A program made the position numbers and the translations under genes. From NCBI GenBank assembly GCA_964583955.1, contig CAZOXY010000001.1:167553-231552 (forward strand): DNA of 64,000 nucleotides. Direction: 5' to 3'. Source of the stretch: an uncultured Chloracidobacterium sp. (lineage in GTDB: Bacteria; Acidobacteriota; Blastocatellia; Pyrinomonadales; Pyrinomonadaceae). Under the pieces are notes generated by a model. The model did no database searches, had not been told where the DNA came from, and saw only the letters and a list, made by a program, of their open reading frames with translations. Below, piece by piece: positions 1-9,697 of the stretch. Within the stretch, counting starts at the first letter, position 1, and each line of letters begins with the position of its first letter.

Positions 1-357
1 TCCGAGGGTTACGAGTTTTCCGCCAGCGTATGGCATTGGAAGGCTGCCCTTGAGGTGATAAAAAGCCTGGATGTCATAAGCGAGGGAAAGATCCGCCAGA
101 TGGGTTATAACGCCATGGGTACACGGGTCGATATCGACGATGCCCATTTGATCGCCGAAAAGATCAATTCCGTGATCCTGCCCAAACTGGCTCCGAACAA
201 AAGGATGTTCTCTGACCTGAGCATAACCGCGGAGCCTGATGACGGCACCATTTATAAAGACGATGATGAGCAGTGGAAGAATTACAGCGTGGATCACGAC
301 TGGCTAAAGGAATTTTCTGATTTCTGCCTTCGTTCCAAAGGGTTTCAGATATTCTAG
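1..357 (+). CDS. C-terminal fragment of an unidentified protein; reading frame is open from the window edge
   Basis: Frame 1 has no stop from nt 1 to TAG at 355-357. The GTG at 55 given in the ORF track is probably internal. No recognisable motif. Confidence 0.4.
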   Translation, partial: SEGYEFSASVWHWKAALEVIKSLDVISEGKIRQMGYNAMGTRVDIDDAHLIAEKINSVILPKLAPNKRMFSDLSITAEPDDGTIYKDDDEQWKNYSVDHDWLKEFSDFCLRSKGFQIF

Positions 358-393
358 TTCACTGTCTGTAAAGTTTTTGTCATTTGCGTCCAC

Positions 394-2025
394 ATGGAAT
401 TTTCTCTGACGTTCTATGGTTTTTTGTACCAACTGGCCGACCTGGCCGGAAATATTTGGTTTCAAATGACCCTGCTTGTTATTATCGCCACCTTTCATGG
501 TTACGGAGCGGCGTGGCTTGCGGTCAGGATGTTGTTTCGGCCGCGTGAACCGTTCAAGATATTGGGGCTGACAGTGTTTCCGCAGGGAATGATACCGCGC
601 CACCGCGAACGTCTGGCAAATGCTATTGGCAAGGCCGTCGGCGAGGAACTTGTTTCTCAGGAAACGATCATGGATGAACTTCTCGGCAAGGAGTTCCTTC
701 ACCGAAAGATCCGCGAGGCAGTCGATGCCTACACCGATGATCTGCTTACCGAAAGATTTCCGTCACTTATCGAAGCCCTGCCGCAGAGTCTTCGCGAACC
801 CGTTCTTGATTCGATAACTTCGCTTCAATTCAAAGTGGCGGAACATATCGAGGAACTTCTTGCAAGCGACGCATCACTAAAGACCGTTTCCTCTTTGGTT
901 GAAAAACGCGTTGACGACCTCTTGTCCCGCCGCGTGTCAGAAGTTGTCGATGAGAAGAATTTTCAAAAGATCGTCGATCTTGTCAACGAACGCATTGCCA
1001 TTGCTCTTCGTTCGCCATCGCTTGAGGTCAAGATCAGGGAATTTGTCGGCTATCGGCTTGACGATCTTATAAGTTCCGAAACGCCGCTCGGACACCTTTT
1101 TACCGATGACGCCGTCGTTCTTCTAAAAGAAAAGGCAAATGCCCAGGTTGCCCCGATGGCCCATCATCTGACCGAGATAGCAGCGGCCGAGCGAACACGC
1201 GATCAGATCGGCGCTCTTATCAAAAAGGAAGTTCATCAGTATTACGAAGCCCTTCCGTTCTTCAAGAAAATATTCGTTTCGCGCGACAACCTTCTTGGCG
1301 AAGTGGACGACCTGGTCAATGAAAGCCTTCCGAAACGGATAGAGGAAACCTTAAAGGGCGACTTTTTTGCCAATGAGGCCCGATCGTTCATCAACAGCAG
1401 CATAGAAAAGGCCATGTCAAGCCCGCTGCCGGAGATCCTCGGGACCGTTGACCCCGAACAGCTTGACCGCCTTAAGGACCAGATAACCCGTTCCATCGTG
1501 TCGCTGCTGCGGGGAGAGGCAATAACAAAACAACTGTCACAGTATGTCAGCGACATGCTTGAACGCTTTCGCCCGCACAGCCTGGATTCGATATTAAGGA
1601 CGATCCATCCGCAGGCCGAAGAGAAACTTAAGGAATCGCTCTCCACCGGACTGATAAAGGTCATCTCGCGACCGGAAACTTCGCGAATGATCAATGAAAT
1701 GATAGCCCGTCAGATAGACACACTTCTTTCGGCCCCGATAGGAAAGGCCTCGGACTATATCTCCGAGGATAAGCTTCGTTCCGCAGGTTCGACGGTCGCT
1801 GACGCCATAGTTGCCGCCATTCGCGAAAAGCTGCCGCAGGCGATACGCGATTTTGACGTCGGCGGCGTCGTAAGGCAAAAGATAATGACCTATCCGGCGG
1901 ACAAGCTGGAAGCTCTCATACTCTCCGTCGCCAAGGAACATCTGCGAACCATTGAACTTTTCGGTGCATTTCTCGGACTTTTGATCGGGCTGGGACAGGC
2001 TTCCTTTCACTGGTTTAACCGATAA
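394..2025 (+). CDS. DUF445-family membrane protein
   Basis: 543 aa. N-terminal TM segment followed by GYGAAWLAVRMLFRPREP...FPQGMIPRHRERLA, typical of DUF445. Long helical middle and a C-terminal TM segment. Confidence 0.6.
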   Translation: MEFSLTFYGFLYQLADLAGNIWFQMTLLVIIATFHGYGAAWLAVRMLFRPREPFKILGLTVFPQGMIPRHRERLANAIGKAVGEELVSQETIMDELLGKEFLHRKIREAVDAYTDDLLTERFPSLIEALPQSLREPVLDSITSLQFKVAEHIEELLASDASLKTVSSLVEKRVDDLLSRRVSEVVDEKNFQKIVDLVNERIAIALRSPSLEVKIREFVGYRLDDLISSETPLGHLFTDDAVVLLKEKANAQVAPMAHHLTEIAAAERTRDQIGALIKKEVHQYYEALPFFKKIFVSRDNLLGEVDDLVNESLPKRIEETLKGDFFANEARSFINSSIEKAMSSPLPEILGTVDPEQLDRLKDQITRSIVSLLRGEAITKQLSQYVSDMLERFRPHSLDSILRTIHPQAEEKLKESLSTGLIKVISRPETSRMINEMIARQIDTLLSAPIGKASDYISEDKLRSAGSTVADAIVAAIREKLPQAIRDFDVGGVVRQKIMTYPADKLEALILSVAKEHLRTIELFGAFLGLLIGLGQASFHWFNR

Positions 2026-2143
2026 GATACACAACTCTTCGTTTTAAGATCGTCGAAAATATCCTCACTGATCTTTTTTAGAACTTTGCCTGCGTTTTCG
2101 ACGTTATCAAATGTCAAGCGGGTTATCCCGAAGGAGGGGAAAT

Positions 2144-2842
2144 ATGAAAAAGTTCGGTTTATTGGTGCTTATCGGCGCTGTGCTGTTGGGAGTTGTTCTT
2201 GCAAACTCAATATCTTACGGAAAGGTAAGTCTGGGCGATGTAATTTCTTTCAGGAGCGGCATAAAAGGTTCGGGAAATGTTGTTACCGAATCGCGAAACG
2301 CTTCGCCTTTCACATCCGTCAGGGTCAGAGGTGTTTTTAATGTAAATATCGTTGCCGGCGGCACTCAAAGCATCGAGGTAGAGGCCGAAGACAACCTCAT
2401 GCCATTTATTGAGGCCGAGGTCGATGGCGGAACTCTCGTTATCCGGTCGTCAAAAAGCCTGAAGCCCACACAGCCGTTGACCGTGCGAATTTCCGTCGAG
2501 AACATCGAACAGATCCGTGCATCCGGAGCCTCGACCGTCTCTCTTGAGAATGTGAATAATCCCTCTCTTATCATAGACGTTAACGGCGCGTCGAAAACCG
2601 TCGTTTCAGGAACGACCGCTGACCTTAATATCGATGTCAGCGGTGCTTCAAGGGTCGATGCGGTTGACCTGCTTGCTCAAAACGCTACGGTCGATGCTTC
2701 CGGAGCCAGCAAAGCTACCGTGAAAACAGCCGAAAGCCTGAAAGCAAAATCGTCCGGAGCAAGTTCGATCCGTTATGCGGGTTCGCCGGGCAATGTTGAT
2801 GCCAAGCGATCCGGGGCCGGAAGTGTCGAGGCCCTGAAATAG
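2144..2842 (+). CDS. secreted DUF2807 / GIN-domain (adhesin-head-like beta-helix) protein
   Basis: ATG at 2144 is preceded by AAGGAGGGG. Signal-like MKKFGLLVLIGAVLLG. Repeated GSGNV / VNGASK / VSGASR / ASGASK / SSGASS / RSGAGS beta-helix rungs. Confidence 0.6.
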   Translation: MKKFGLLVLIGAVLLGVVLANSISYGKVSLGDVISFRSGIKGSGNVVTESRNASPFTSVRVRGVFNVNIVAGGTQSIEVEAEDNLMPFIEAEVDGGTLVIRSSKSLKPTQPLTVRISVENIEQIRASGASTVSLENVNNPSLIIDVNGASKTVVSGTTADLNIDVSGASRVDAVDLLAQNATVDASGASKATVKTAESLKAKSSGASSIRYAGSPGNVDAKRSGAGSVEALK

Positions 2843-2864
2843 TCATTTAGCTGAACAAAGATGC

Positions 2865-2910
2865 AAGACCGGGCGGAATGGTATATAAACATTCTATCCG
2901 GTCTTTTTGT
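2865..2910 (+). terminator. Rho-independent terminator after the GIN-domain gene
   Basis: AAGACCGG ... CCGGTCTT stem followed by a T-run. Confidence 0.6.
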
Positions 2911-2927
2911 TTAGGCGTGTCAATAAA

Positions 2928-3386
2928 ATGGAAAACTCAAAACTTTTCAGGATACTGTTGATCGTTGCGGCTGTCGTCATTGCCGGTTTTGCTGTTTTTC
3001 ATATCATCAGCGTCAATGAACCCGAACCTGTCAGCCAAATAACCGAGGTTGTGAAATACACTCGTGGTTCTGTCGTTGAAGGCCCGATAAACGTTCCGTC
3101 CGGCGAATTTATATCCTTTCGGCTTAACCTGAACCGGCGCGGTGTGGTCAGCGGCACAATGCGATCTCCCAGCGAAGATGAAAAGATGGAGACTTTTCTT
3201 TTTGACGACGAAAATTTCAAACTGTGGAAAGAGGGAAAAGACTTTCAGACAATTATAAGATCAGGCCACCTATCTTATGTTGTGATAAAAAGAGACCTTG
3301 AACCCGGCATCTATCATCTGGTTTTCAGCGGTCGTTCAAATCCTGATGGCGCTGTTCAGGCAGAGGCTTCATTCTCCGTTGAGTGA
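2928..3386 (+). CDS. membrane-anchored hypothetical protein
   Basis: The ATG at 2928 is preferred over the TTG at 2907, which lies inside the terminator. One N-terminal TM (LFRILLIVAAVVIAGFAVF) and a beta-rich ectodomain. No SD seen. Confidence 0.5.
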   Translation: MENSKLFRILLIVAAVVIAGFAVFHIISVNEPEPVSQITEVVKYTRGSVVEGPINVPSGEFISFRLNLNRRGVVSGTMRSPSEDEKMETFLFDDENFKLWKEGKDFQTIIRSGHLSYVVIKRDLEPGIYHLVFSGRSNPDGAVQAEASFSVE

Positions 3387-3397
3387 GTGAAACGCTC

Positions 3398-3853
3398 CTA
3401 TGTCTCAACGGCCTCGGTTCTAATCCCGACAACATGCTCATCGTAAATACCGAGAATAAATATTTCAATCTTTACTCGGCCGATCTTGTAGCACATCACG
3501 TCTGAAAGCTGCGTATCAAGCAGGCTCATTAATTTTCTAAACTTTTCAGTCTGTTTCTTTCTCTCCTCGGAATGCCAATTCTTTTCTGTTATCAGTCTCT
3601 CAAAAAAAACCTCCGCCGGTTCAGCCTTCACTTTTCCTTTTGCGTGTTTTGCGAACTCTTTTACGACCGATTCGATCGATCTGTCTTTCTCTTTTTCAAC
3701 ACAGATTACGGAAAATCCGTTGTCGGTCTCGCTTACATAAACCAGTCCTCGTATTGCCTTCTCAATATCTTTTGTCAGTGTATGAAGATTTTTTGATCTC
3801 ATTGAAATTTTTTTTCTTAAAAACTGATGATTTTTAGTGATCGGTATCATCAA
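3398..3853 (-). CDS. NuiA-like nuclease-inhibitor family protein (tentative)
   Basis: Pattern LVYVSETDNGF near the N-terminus and a C-terminus ending VVGIRTEAVET resemble my recollection of the NuiA family (PF07924). The start is uncertain (3853 or internal ATG at 3802). AT-richer than the surroundings. Confidence 0.4.
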   Translation of the reverse strand: MMIPITKNHQFLRKKISMRSKNLHTLTKDIEKAIRGLVYVSETDNGFSVICVEKEKDRSIESVVKEFAKHAKGKVKAEPAEVFFERLITEKNWHSEERKKQTEKFRKLMSLLDTQLSDVMCYKIGRVKIEIFILGIYDEHVVGIRTEAVET

Positions 3854-3938
3854 AAACGGTCGAAAAAACCAGTTGTTCCTGTTCCAAATTATTGCATATT
3901 AAGAGGTTTATGACGACACTAACCATAAAAATATTTTC

Positions 3939-4093
3939 TGTGGATTTCTGTTTGCAAAGACATTTCGTCTATGTTAATCTGTCATCCGTTTCGAAGATTT
4001 GAGTTCTTGTAAATTATTGAAAATAATACACTTAAAGTGTAACTTTAAGTTTTGCTTCTATTTCCACAACCCTGTGGAAAAAATTGTGGAAAA
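3939..4093. promoter_or_regulatory. DnaA-box cluster upstream of dnaA (oriC part 1 / dnaA autoregulation)
   Basis: TGTGGATTT 3939-3947, ATTTCCACA 4060-4068, TGTGGAAAA 4073-4081, TGTGGAAAA 4085-4093. Flanked by AT-rich stretches. Confidence 0.7.
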
Positions 4094-4223
4094 GTGTTAA
4101 TTCAGTGGGGAGCGGTCAATAAAATACCACCTCTCCTTCAGTCGAGTGTTTTTCAACAGTTCCCTTGACTAACACCTTCACCTTTTCCCTTTAAAGCATT
4201 TTCTTTATTGCCGGAACCGGCCT

Positions 4224-5678
4224 TTGATAAAAGTATCCTGGAGACCGTTAGTGGAAACTGCTGTTGACAAAATCAAAACCTGGAATTCAATTCTGGAGAT
4301 AGTAGAAAAAAGACTCAATAAGCATATTTTTGAGACTTGGTTTCTGAAGATAGAGTGTCTTTCGATCGATGAAGTATCGCGTACCGTAGATCTAAAGTCG
4401 GGATCTATCACCAGAGATTGGATAAACGGATATTACAAAGACCTTCTCAACCATTGTCTTAACCTGGTCGGCCTTTCCGGTTACGAGATCAACTGGATAT
4501 TGGATAAAAACGCCGACACCCAAACAAAACCTGAAGAAGGATATGAAAGAAAGCCTCCGGAAGCTCACGAGGACGCCGGTTCAATATGGACCAAGGATTC
4601 TTTCATTGCGGAATCAGATAGAAAAGACATTAGCGTTTCGATAAAGGAATCTTTTGAGAATTCCCTGAACCCGAAATATACCTTTGACAAGTTCGTTGTG
4701 GGTTCATGCAATCAGTTTGCCCACGCTGCCGCCCTTGGTGCGGCCGAATCTCCTGGCAACACATACAACCCTCTTTTTATATACGGCGGAACCGGACTTG
4801 GAAAAACGCATCTGATGCATGCGATAGGCCATTCCATAAAACAGAACAATAAACACCTGCGCGTATCGTATTTTACGTCAGAGAAGTTCATGAATGACCT
4901 TATCAATGCGATACGTTATGAAAAAACAAGCGCTTTTCGCGAAAAATACAGATCCATTGATGTTCTGCTTATAGATGACGTTCAGTTCCTTGGCGGAAAG
5001 GACCGGACGCAGAATGAGTTTTTCCATACTTTCAACGCCCTGCATAACGAACAAAAACAGATCGTCCTGACCTCAGATTGTCCGCCGAGGGAGATACCGA
5101 AACTCGAGGAAAGGCTGCACTCGCGTTTTGAATGGGGCTTGATCGCCGATCTGGAACCGCCTGACCTGGAAACAAAGGTCGCTATTCTGAAAAGAAAGGC
5201 GGACATGGACGGCATTGATCTGCCTGACGACATAGCCATCTATATAGCCGGCAAGATAAAAAGCAACGTCCGCGAACTGGAAGGCTCGCTAGTCAGGCTG
5301 GTGGCAATATCCTCTCTGCGCGGTATGCCAATAACCAAACTGCTGGCGCAGGATGCGTTAAAGAACATTATTGACAGCGAGCATCCTGAGGGGTTGACGA
5401 TGGAACGCATAGCACGCGTTGTCGCGTCTCATTACAAACTCACGGTCGAAGAGATCAAGGCAAAGAACAACAGCCGGGCTATAGCTTTTCCGCGTCAGGT
5501 AGCAATGTATCTGTGCAAACGGCTGACAAAACACAGCTATCCTGAGATAGGACGTGAGTTTGGAGGCAAGCATCACACGACAGTAATGCATTCTTATGAA
5601 AAGATAGATACCATGGCAAGAGACGACAGGAATTTCCACAAGACCGTAAATGAGTTTATTGACAGTCTTTGCAATTAG
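4224..5678 (+). CDS. dnaA: chromosomal replication initiator protein DnaA
   Basis: Walker A GGTGLGKTHL, LLIDDVQFL, sensor region SNVRELEG. C-terminal DNA-binding domain (RQVAMYLCKRLT...IGREFGGKHHTTVMHSYEKI). The start could be TTG 4224 or GTG 4251. Confidence 0.97.
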   Translation: MIKVSWRPLVETAVDKIKTWNSILEIVEKRLNKHIFETWFLKIECLSIDEVSRTVDLKSGSITRDWINGYYKDLLNHCLNLVGLSGYEINWILDKNADTQTKPEEGYERKPPEAHEDAGSIWTKDSFIAESDRKDISVSIKESFENSLNPKYTFDKFVVGSCNQFAHAAALGAAESPGNTYNPLFIYGGTGLGKTHLMHAIGHSIKQNNKHLRVSYFTSEKFMNDLINAIRYEKTSAFREKYRSIDVLLIDDVQFLGGKDRTQNEFFHTFNALHNEQKQIVLTSDCPPREIPKLEERLHSRFEWGLIADLEPPDLETKVAILKRKADMDGIDLPDDIAIYIAGKIKSNVRELEGSLVRLVAISSLRGMPITKLLAQDALKNIIDSEHPEGLTMERIARVVASHYKLTVEEIKAKNNSRAIAFPRQVAMYLCKRLTKHSYPEIGREFGGKHHTTVMHSYEKIDTMARDDRNFHKTVNEFIDSLCN

Positions 5679-5712
5679 TTGCCGGTTTTTACAGTTATTT
5701 TGATCTTTGAGT

Positions 5713-5902
5713 TTATCCACAGGAAACGACATATCGTTGATGCAATAAGTCGTTTATTTATAGAACTTAGGTTAAGTTTTCCACTTTTCCTCAAAATCTA
5801 GGAAAAGGCATCTGTGGATGAATGTGGAAAAATAGCGATGAAAAAGGTTTTCCACATTTTGGAAGTATTTTCCACAGATTTTCCACACCGGCATGTGGAT
5901 GG
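5713..5902. promoter_or_regulatory. DnaA-box cluster in the dnaA-dnaN spacer (oriC part 2)
   Basis: TTATCCACA 5713-5721 (perfect consensus), TTTTCCACT 5777-5785, TGTGGATGA 5813-5821, TGTGGAAAA 5823-5831. TTTTCCACA at 5848-5856, 5868-5876 and 5879-5887, and TGTGGATGG 5894-5902. Confidence 0.85.
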
Positions 5903-5964
5903 AAAAACACGGTATTTATCGGCAGAACGGGCAGTTTTTCACATTTCAACAGGCCCTACTACTG

Positions 5965-6015
5965 CTTCTATGTATTTATACAATATGTTTTGTATGATAT
6001 TAGAAAGAAAAAAGA
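5965..6015. other. candidate DNA-unwinding element (AT-rich) next to the DnaA-box cluster
   Basis: Sequence ttctatgtatttatacaatatgttttgtatgatattagaaagaaaaaag lies immediately 3' of the box cluster and 5' of dnaN. Confidence 0.5.
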
Positions 6016-6056
6016 CGGGCATAAAAGACGTAGATCATTTTTGAGAGGTTTCGATA

Positions 6057-7268
6057 ATGGAATTTACAATAAAGCAGCAAACGCTAAAAGAAGAACTCAG
6101 TTATATTCAGGGAGTCGTGGAAAGAAAGAGCACCATACCGGTTCTTTCAAATATTCTCATTGAATCTCTGGGAGAGAATTCCATACGGATAGTAGGAACC
6201 GACCTTGACGTTACGATCCGCTGTGACGCCGAGGCTGATATAAAAACACCGGGATCGATGTGCATTCAGGCCCGAAAGCTTTTTGACATTGTCAGGACGC
6301 TGGATGGCGGCGACGTCCATTTCAAAAAAGAAGAGAACGAATGGGTCAGGATGAAATCAGGAAGAGCGAGCTTTCGCCTGGCGGGTGTAAATCGCGAACA
6401 GTATCCTGAGATACCGATATTTAAATCCGCTCCGCTGAGCCTGCCTGCCGAGGTTTTTGCCTTTTTCATTCAGAACACATCGTTTGCCATAACGACCGAG
6501 CAAAGCCGGTTCACGCTTTCCGGTGCAAAATTTGTCGTATCTGACGGTGTTGCCAGAATGGTAACGACAGACGGCCACCGGCTTGCGTTCGTTGAAAGGC
6601 ATTTTGAAAAAGCGGGCGATGAAAAGATTGATGTTCTGGTACCCAAAAAGGCATTGCTTGAGCTTGTAAAACTGTCACGCGGTTATGACGGTGAGGTTCA
6701 GTTCGGCGAAGATCAGAATCACATATATTTTGAAACCGACGGGCGTTTGCTGATAACCAGAAAGCTGTCCGGAAACTTTCCGAACTATGAGATGGTCATG
6801 CCAAAGGACAATGACAAGAAAGCGACATTTGACCTCTCTGACATAAAATCCGCCGTTCGGCGAATTGCCCTGATGGCAGACGAACGAAATCGTTCGATCA
6901 GGGTTCTGATGCGTGAAGGAGAGGTAGAGATAACTGCCCAGTCAAGTGAGGACGGCGAAGGTGTTGAGATAATTCCCGCCGATTATCAGGGAGAGGAAGT
7001 TGCCTTAGGTTTCAACCACCTTTACCTTCAGGAATTTCTTAACAACATCAGCTCGGTGGAAAATATAACTAACGCCGTGACCGAGACACCGGGAACTGAC
7101 GATGGCGGCTCGGACGGATCTAACGCGGCGACCGCCCGGGCAAAGGAACCAGCGGAGCCGACAAGGATCTCATTTGAATTTAAGGATTCGAACGCGGCAA
7201 CACAAATGCGTATAGAAGGCGAAACTACCTATGACTATAAATATATTGTGATGCCGCTGAGGATATGA
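6057..7268 (+). CDS. dnaN: DNA polymerase III beta sliding clamp, with a low-complexity insertion in domain III
   Basis: Position directly after dnaA. Typical N-terminus (...IPVLSNILIE...VGTDLDV) and C-terminus (YKYIVMPLRI). 403 aa; my recollection is that clamps are usually roughly 370 aa. Confidence 0.95.
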   Translation: MEFTIKQQTLKEELSYIQGVVERKSTIPVLSNILIESLGENSIRIVGTDLDVTIRCDAEADIKTPGSMCIQARKLFDIVRTLDGGDVHFKKEENEWVRMKSGRASFRLAGVNREQYPEIPIFKSAPLSLPAEVFAFFIQNTSFAITTEQSRFTLSGAKFVVSDGVARMVTTDGHRLAFVERHFEKAGDEKIDVLVPKKALLELVKLSRGYDGEVQFGEDQNHIYFETDGRLLITRKLSGNFPNYEMVMPKDNDKKATFDLSDIKSAVRRIALMADERNRSIRVLMREGEVEITAQSSEDGEGVEIIPADYQGEEVALGFNHLYLQEFLNNISSVENITNAVTETPGTDDGGSDGSNAATARAKEPAEPTRISFEFKDSNAATQMRIEGETTYDYKYIVMPLRI

Positions 7269-7286
7269 TCCGCGAAAACGACAGCA

Positions 7287-8990
7287 TCAATTTTTACTTT
7301 TAAGTATCCACCCGTCAGGATCAGTTTCAGGGGAAGCGTTTGTAAAAGAAATGCTTCCCTTTCCGCTTTTCATTTCAACCCGCTGCGTTTTCCCGTCAGC
7401 CAATACATCAACAGGCATCGGGAATGGCATATTGCCGGGAGTTTCCCATTCAAGAAGAAGAGTTTTACCAAGAACTGATGTTTTCAGTGCTGGAAGTTCC
7501 GGCTGACGCAGATAAAGCTCAAAGAACCAGTCTAGTTTCATCCCTGATTCGGTTTCTGCAATGTTCAGAAAATCATCCGTGTTGACCAGCCGCGTTTGAC
7601 GCCCGTCGGTGAAAGCTTCCATCTCTTTGGTCGGATATGCCATTCGGCGAAGCGATCTGAAAAAAGCATCATCGCCTATCAGATAGCGAAGCGTGTGAAG
7701 AATGACGGCTCCCTTGCCATAGATGTCACCATCGCTGGAGACAAAATCGGGGCCGGTCAGATAGACCTCATAAGAGAATTTTTGTTCACGCGGCGCAACG
7801 GGCTGCTTATTGCGCGTTCCGGCGGCCCGGCGACGCATCGCCTCCATATACTTGTCTTTTTTACCAAGATGTTCCAGGTAAAGCGTATCCATATATGACT
7901 GAAAACCTTCATGTATCCAAAAGTCGCGCCAGTCAGAGGCCGTCACAAGATTTGCCCACCATTCGTGGCCAAATTCATGCAGCATCAGCCAATCAAAACC
8001 GTCCTCGTTGTATCTGAACTGGTTCCCGTAGGCGATGTGCGTTGAATGTTCCATCCCGAGATGAGGTGTTTCAACGATGCCGAGTTTTTGCGAGCGGAAA
8101 GGAAAAGGCCCATTGTACTTTTCAAAGAACGCATTGTATTTTTTTGTTTCCTCGATCAGTTTTGCTCCGTTCTCATAGCTTTCCGGCAGGATGTAAAACT
8201 CTATCGGGATAGTTTCGCCGGTGATGCTCTTTACAGAATCTTTGATGACACGGTACGGAGCTGCGTCGAACAGTATCGAGTAATTTGGTATCGGGTTTGT
8301 CATTCGCCAAACGTAGGTAGATGTACCGTCAGAGTTCTTTATCGTTTCTTCCAATTTTCCGGGGCCGACGGCCACAAGCGGATCGGGAACGGTCAGACGC
8401 ATTGTTGCCGACGAAGGTTTGTCCGAAGGATGGTCCTTTACAGGAAACAAAAGATCGGCTCCGTCGTTCTGGAGTGCAACCGATATCCAGTCGGCTCCGC
8501 TCGGTGTTTTTTCCCACATGATGCCGCCGACCCACGGCGGATTGGGGGATACGCGCGGAGAACCGGAATAGGAAATAATGGTCTCAAAACTTTCGCCGGG
8601 CTGTTTGGTCTGCGGAAAGTAGATCCATATCTTTCCTTCTTTTCTTTCATATCTTAATGCGGCCTGCCGTCCGTCATTCTCTCCATAAACCCTCTCGATC
8701 GTGTATGGCGTGTCCAGATCAAGAACGATCAAGTTCGTAGGAATGACGACCTTTGCGGTCATGATCGTTGTGCCGGAGATCGTCTTTGTCTTCGGATCGA
8801 CCTTTAAACCGACATCGTAGGAAATGACGTCAAATGCCGCCTGCTCAAACATCAGCGGCCCGCCGGTTTCGGTCGGCCTCGCCCCAAGCTCACGCTGAGC
8901 AAATGAAGAGGCAGTAAGAAACACCGACAGAACTATCAAAGAAAGGACATTGTATTTACGATATATCATATTCAGGCTCCGCAGTTTCAA
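7287..8990 (-). CDS. secreted M1-family zinc metallopeptidase (aminopeptidase N-like)
   Basis: HEFGHEWW (HEXXH) followed by E after 18 residues (WIHEGF). GXMEN-like LGMEHS. N-terminal signal peptide. Confidence 0.85.
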   Translation of the reverse strand: MKLRSLNMIYRKYNVLSLIVLSVFLTASSFAQRELGARPTETGGPLMFEQAAFDVISYDVGLKVDPKTKTISGTTIMTAKVVIPTNLIVLDLDTPYTIERVYGENDGRQAALRYERKEGKIWIYFPQTKQPGESFETIISYSGSPRVSPNPPWVGGIMWEKTPSGADWISVALQNDGADLLFPVKDHPSDKPSSATMRLTVPDPLVAVGPGKLEETIKNSDGTSTYVWRMTNPIPNYSILFDAAPYRVIKDSVKSITGETIPIEFYILPESYENGAKLIEETKKYNAFFEKYNGPFPFRSQKLGIVETPHLGMEHSTHIAYGNQFRYNEDGFDWLMLHEFGHEWWANLVTASDWRDFWIHEGFQSYMDTLYLEHLGKKDKYMEAMRRRAAGTRNKQPVAPREQKFSYEVYLTGPDFVSSDGDIYGKGAVILHTLRYLIGDDAFFRSLRRMAYPTKEMEAFTDGRQTRLVNTDDFLNIAETESGMKLDWFFELYLRQPELPALKTSVLGKTLLLEWETPGNMPFPMPVDVLADGKTQRVEMKSGKGSISFTNASPETDPDGWILKSKN

Positions 8991-9047
8991 AAAACAACAA
9001 TGCAGTAACTTTACACCAAAAGATATTTCACAGAAAATCTACCTGTT

Positions 9048-9695
9048 ATGAGATCATTTTTAATAACGCTTCTGGTTCTTTTTACAGTCAACGTTTCGGG
9101 GCAGCAAGCTGAAACAAAAGAACCCGCAAAAGCCAATGCCAGGCCGGAGAAGGAAGTAAAGAAAGAATCGTTTGACGACGCCGACGTAAAAACAATGTCG
9201 GAAAAATGTGCCCGGTTTGAAACAGAGGCCGGCCTGATAGAAATGGAGATGTTTCCCGAACACGCGCCTGAGGCGGTCAGAAGCTTTCTTAATATTGTAA
9301 GCATCGGCTATTTGGACACAACGACATTCAGCCGCGTCGTTCCCGGTTTTGTCATTCAGGGCGGTGATCTTTATTCACGCGAGAGCGAGGTTACATACGA
9401 GATCGGTATGCGGGCCAGAAAAACTCTGCCCGATGAACCGAACCGCATCCTACACGAACGCGGCATTCTTTCAATGGCTCGCGGCGATGAAGCGAACACT
9501 GCGACGACCGGATTTTTTATCCTTGTCGGCAACGGACATCACCTAGACGGCAAATTCACTGCGTTTGGAAAAGTAACAAAAGGAATGGATGTTGTTGACG
9601 CTATCGCAAAAGCACCGGTGACCGATGAGAAACCCGAAAAACCGGTGAGGATAAAAACCGCGAAAGTATTCGTATGTGGAAATGCTGACAACTGA
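9048..9695 (+). CDS. cyclophilin-type peptidyl-prolyl cis-trans isomerase, secreted
   Basis: FSRVVPGFVIQGGD, GILSMAR, FFILVGNGHHLDGKFTAFGKV. Signal peptide plus a Lys/Glu-rich linker. Confidence 0.9.
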   Translation: MRSFLITLLVLFTVNVSGQQAETKEPAKANARPEKEVKKESFDDADVKTMSEKCARFETEAGLIEMEMFPEHAPEAVRSFLNIVSIGYLDTTTFSRVVPGFVIQGGDLYSRESEVTYEIGMRARKTLPDEPNRILHERGILSMARGDEANTATTGFFILVGNGHHLDGKFTAFGKVTKGMDVVDAIAKAPVTDEKPEKPVRIKTAKVFVCGNADN

Positions 9696-9697
9696 TA

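Noticed and set aside
5814-6163. ORFs 5814-6044 and 5822-6163 in the dnaA-dnaN spacer
   Set aside because: They are composed of the DnaA-box repeats and the AT-rich element, and one overlaps the dnaN start. The region is better explained as oriC.
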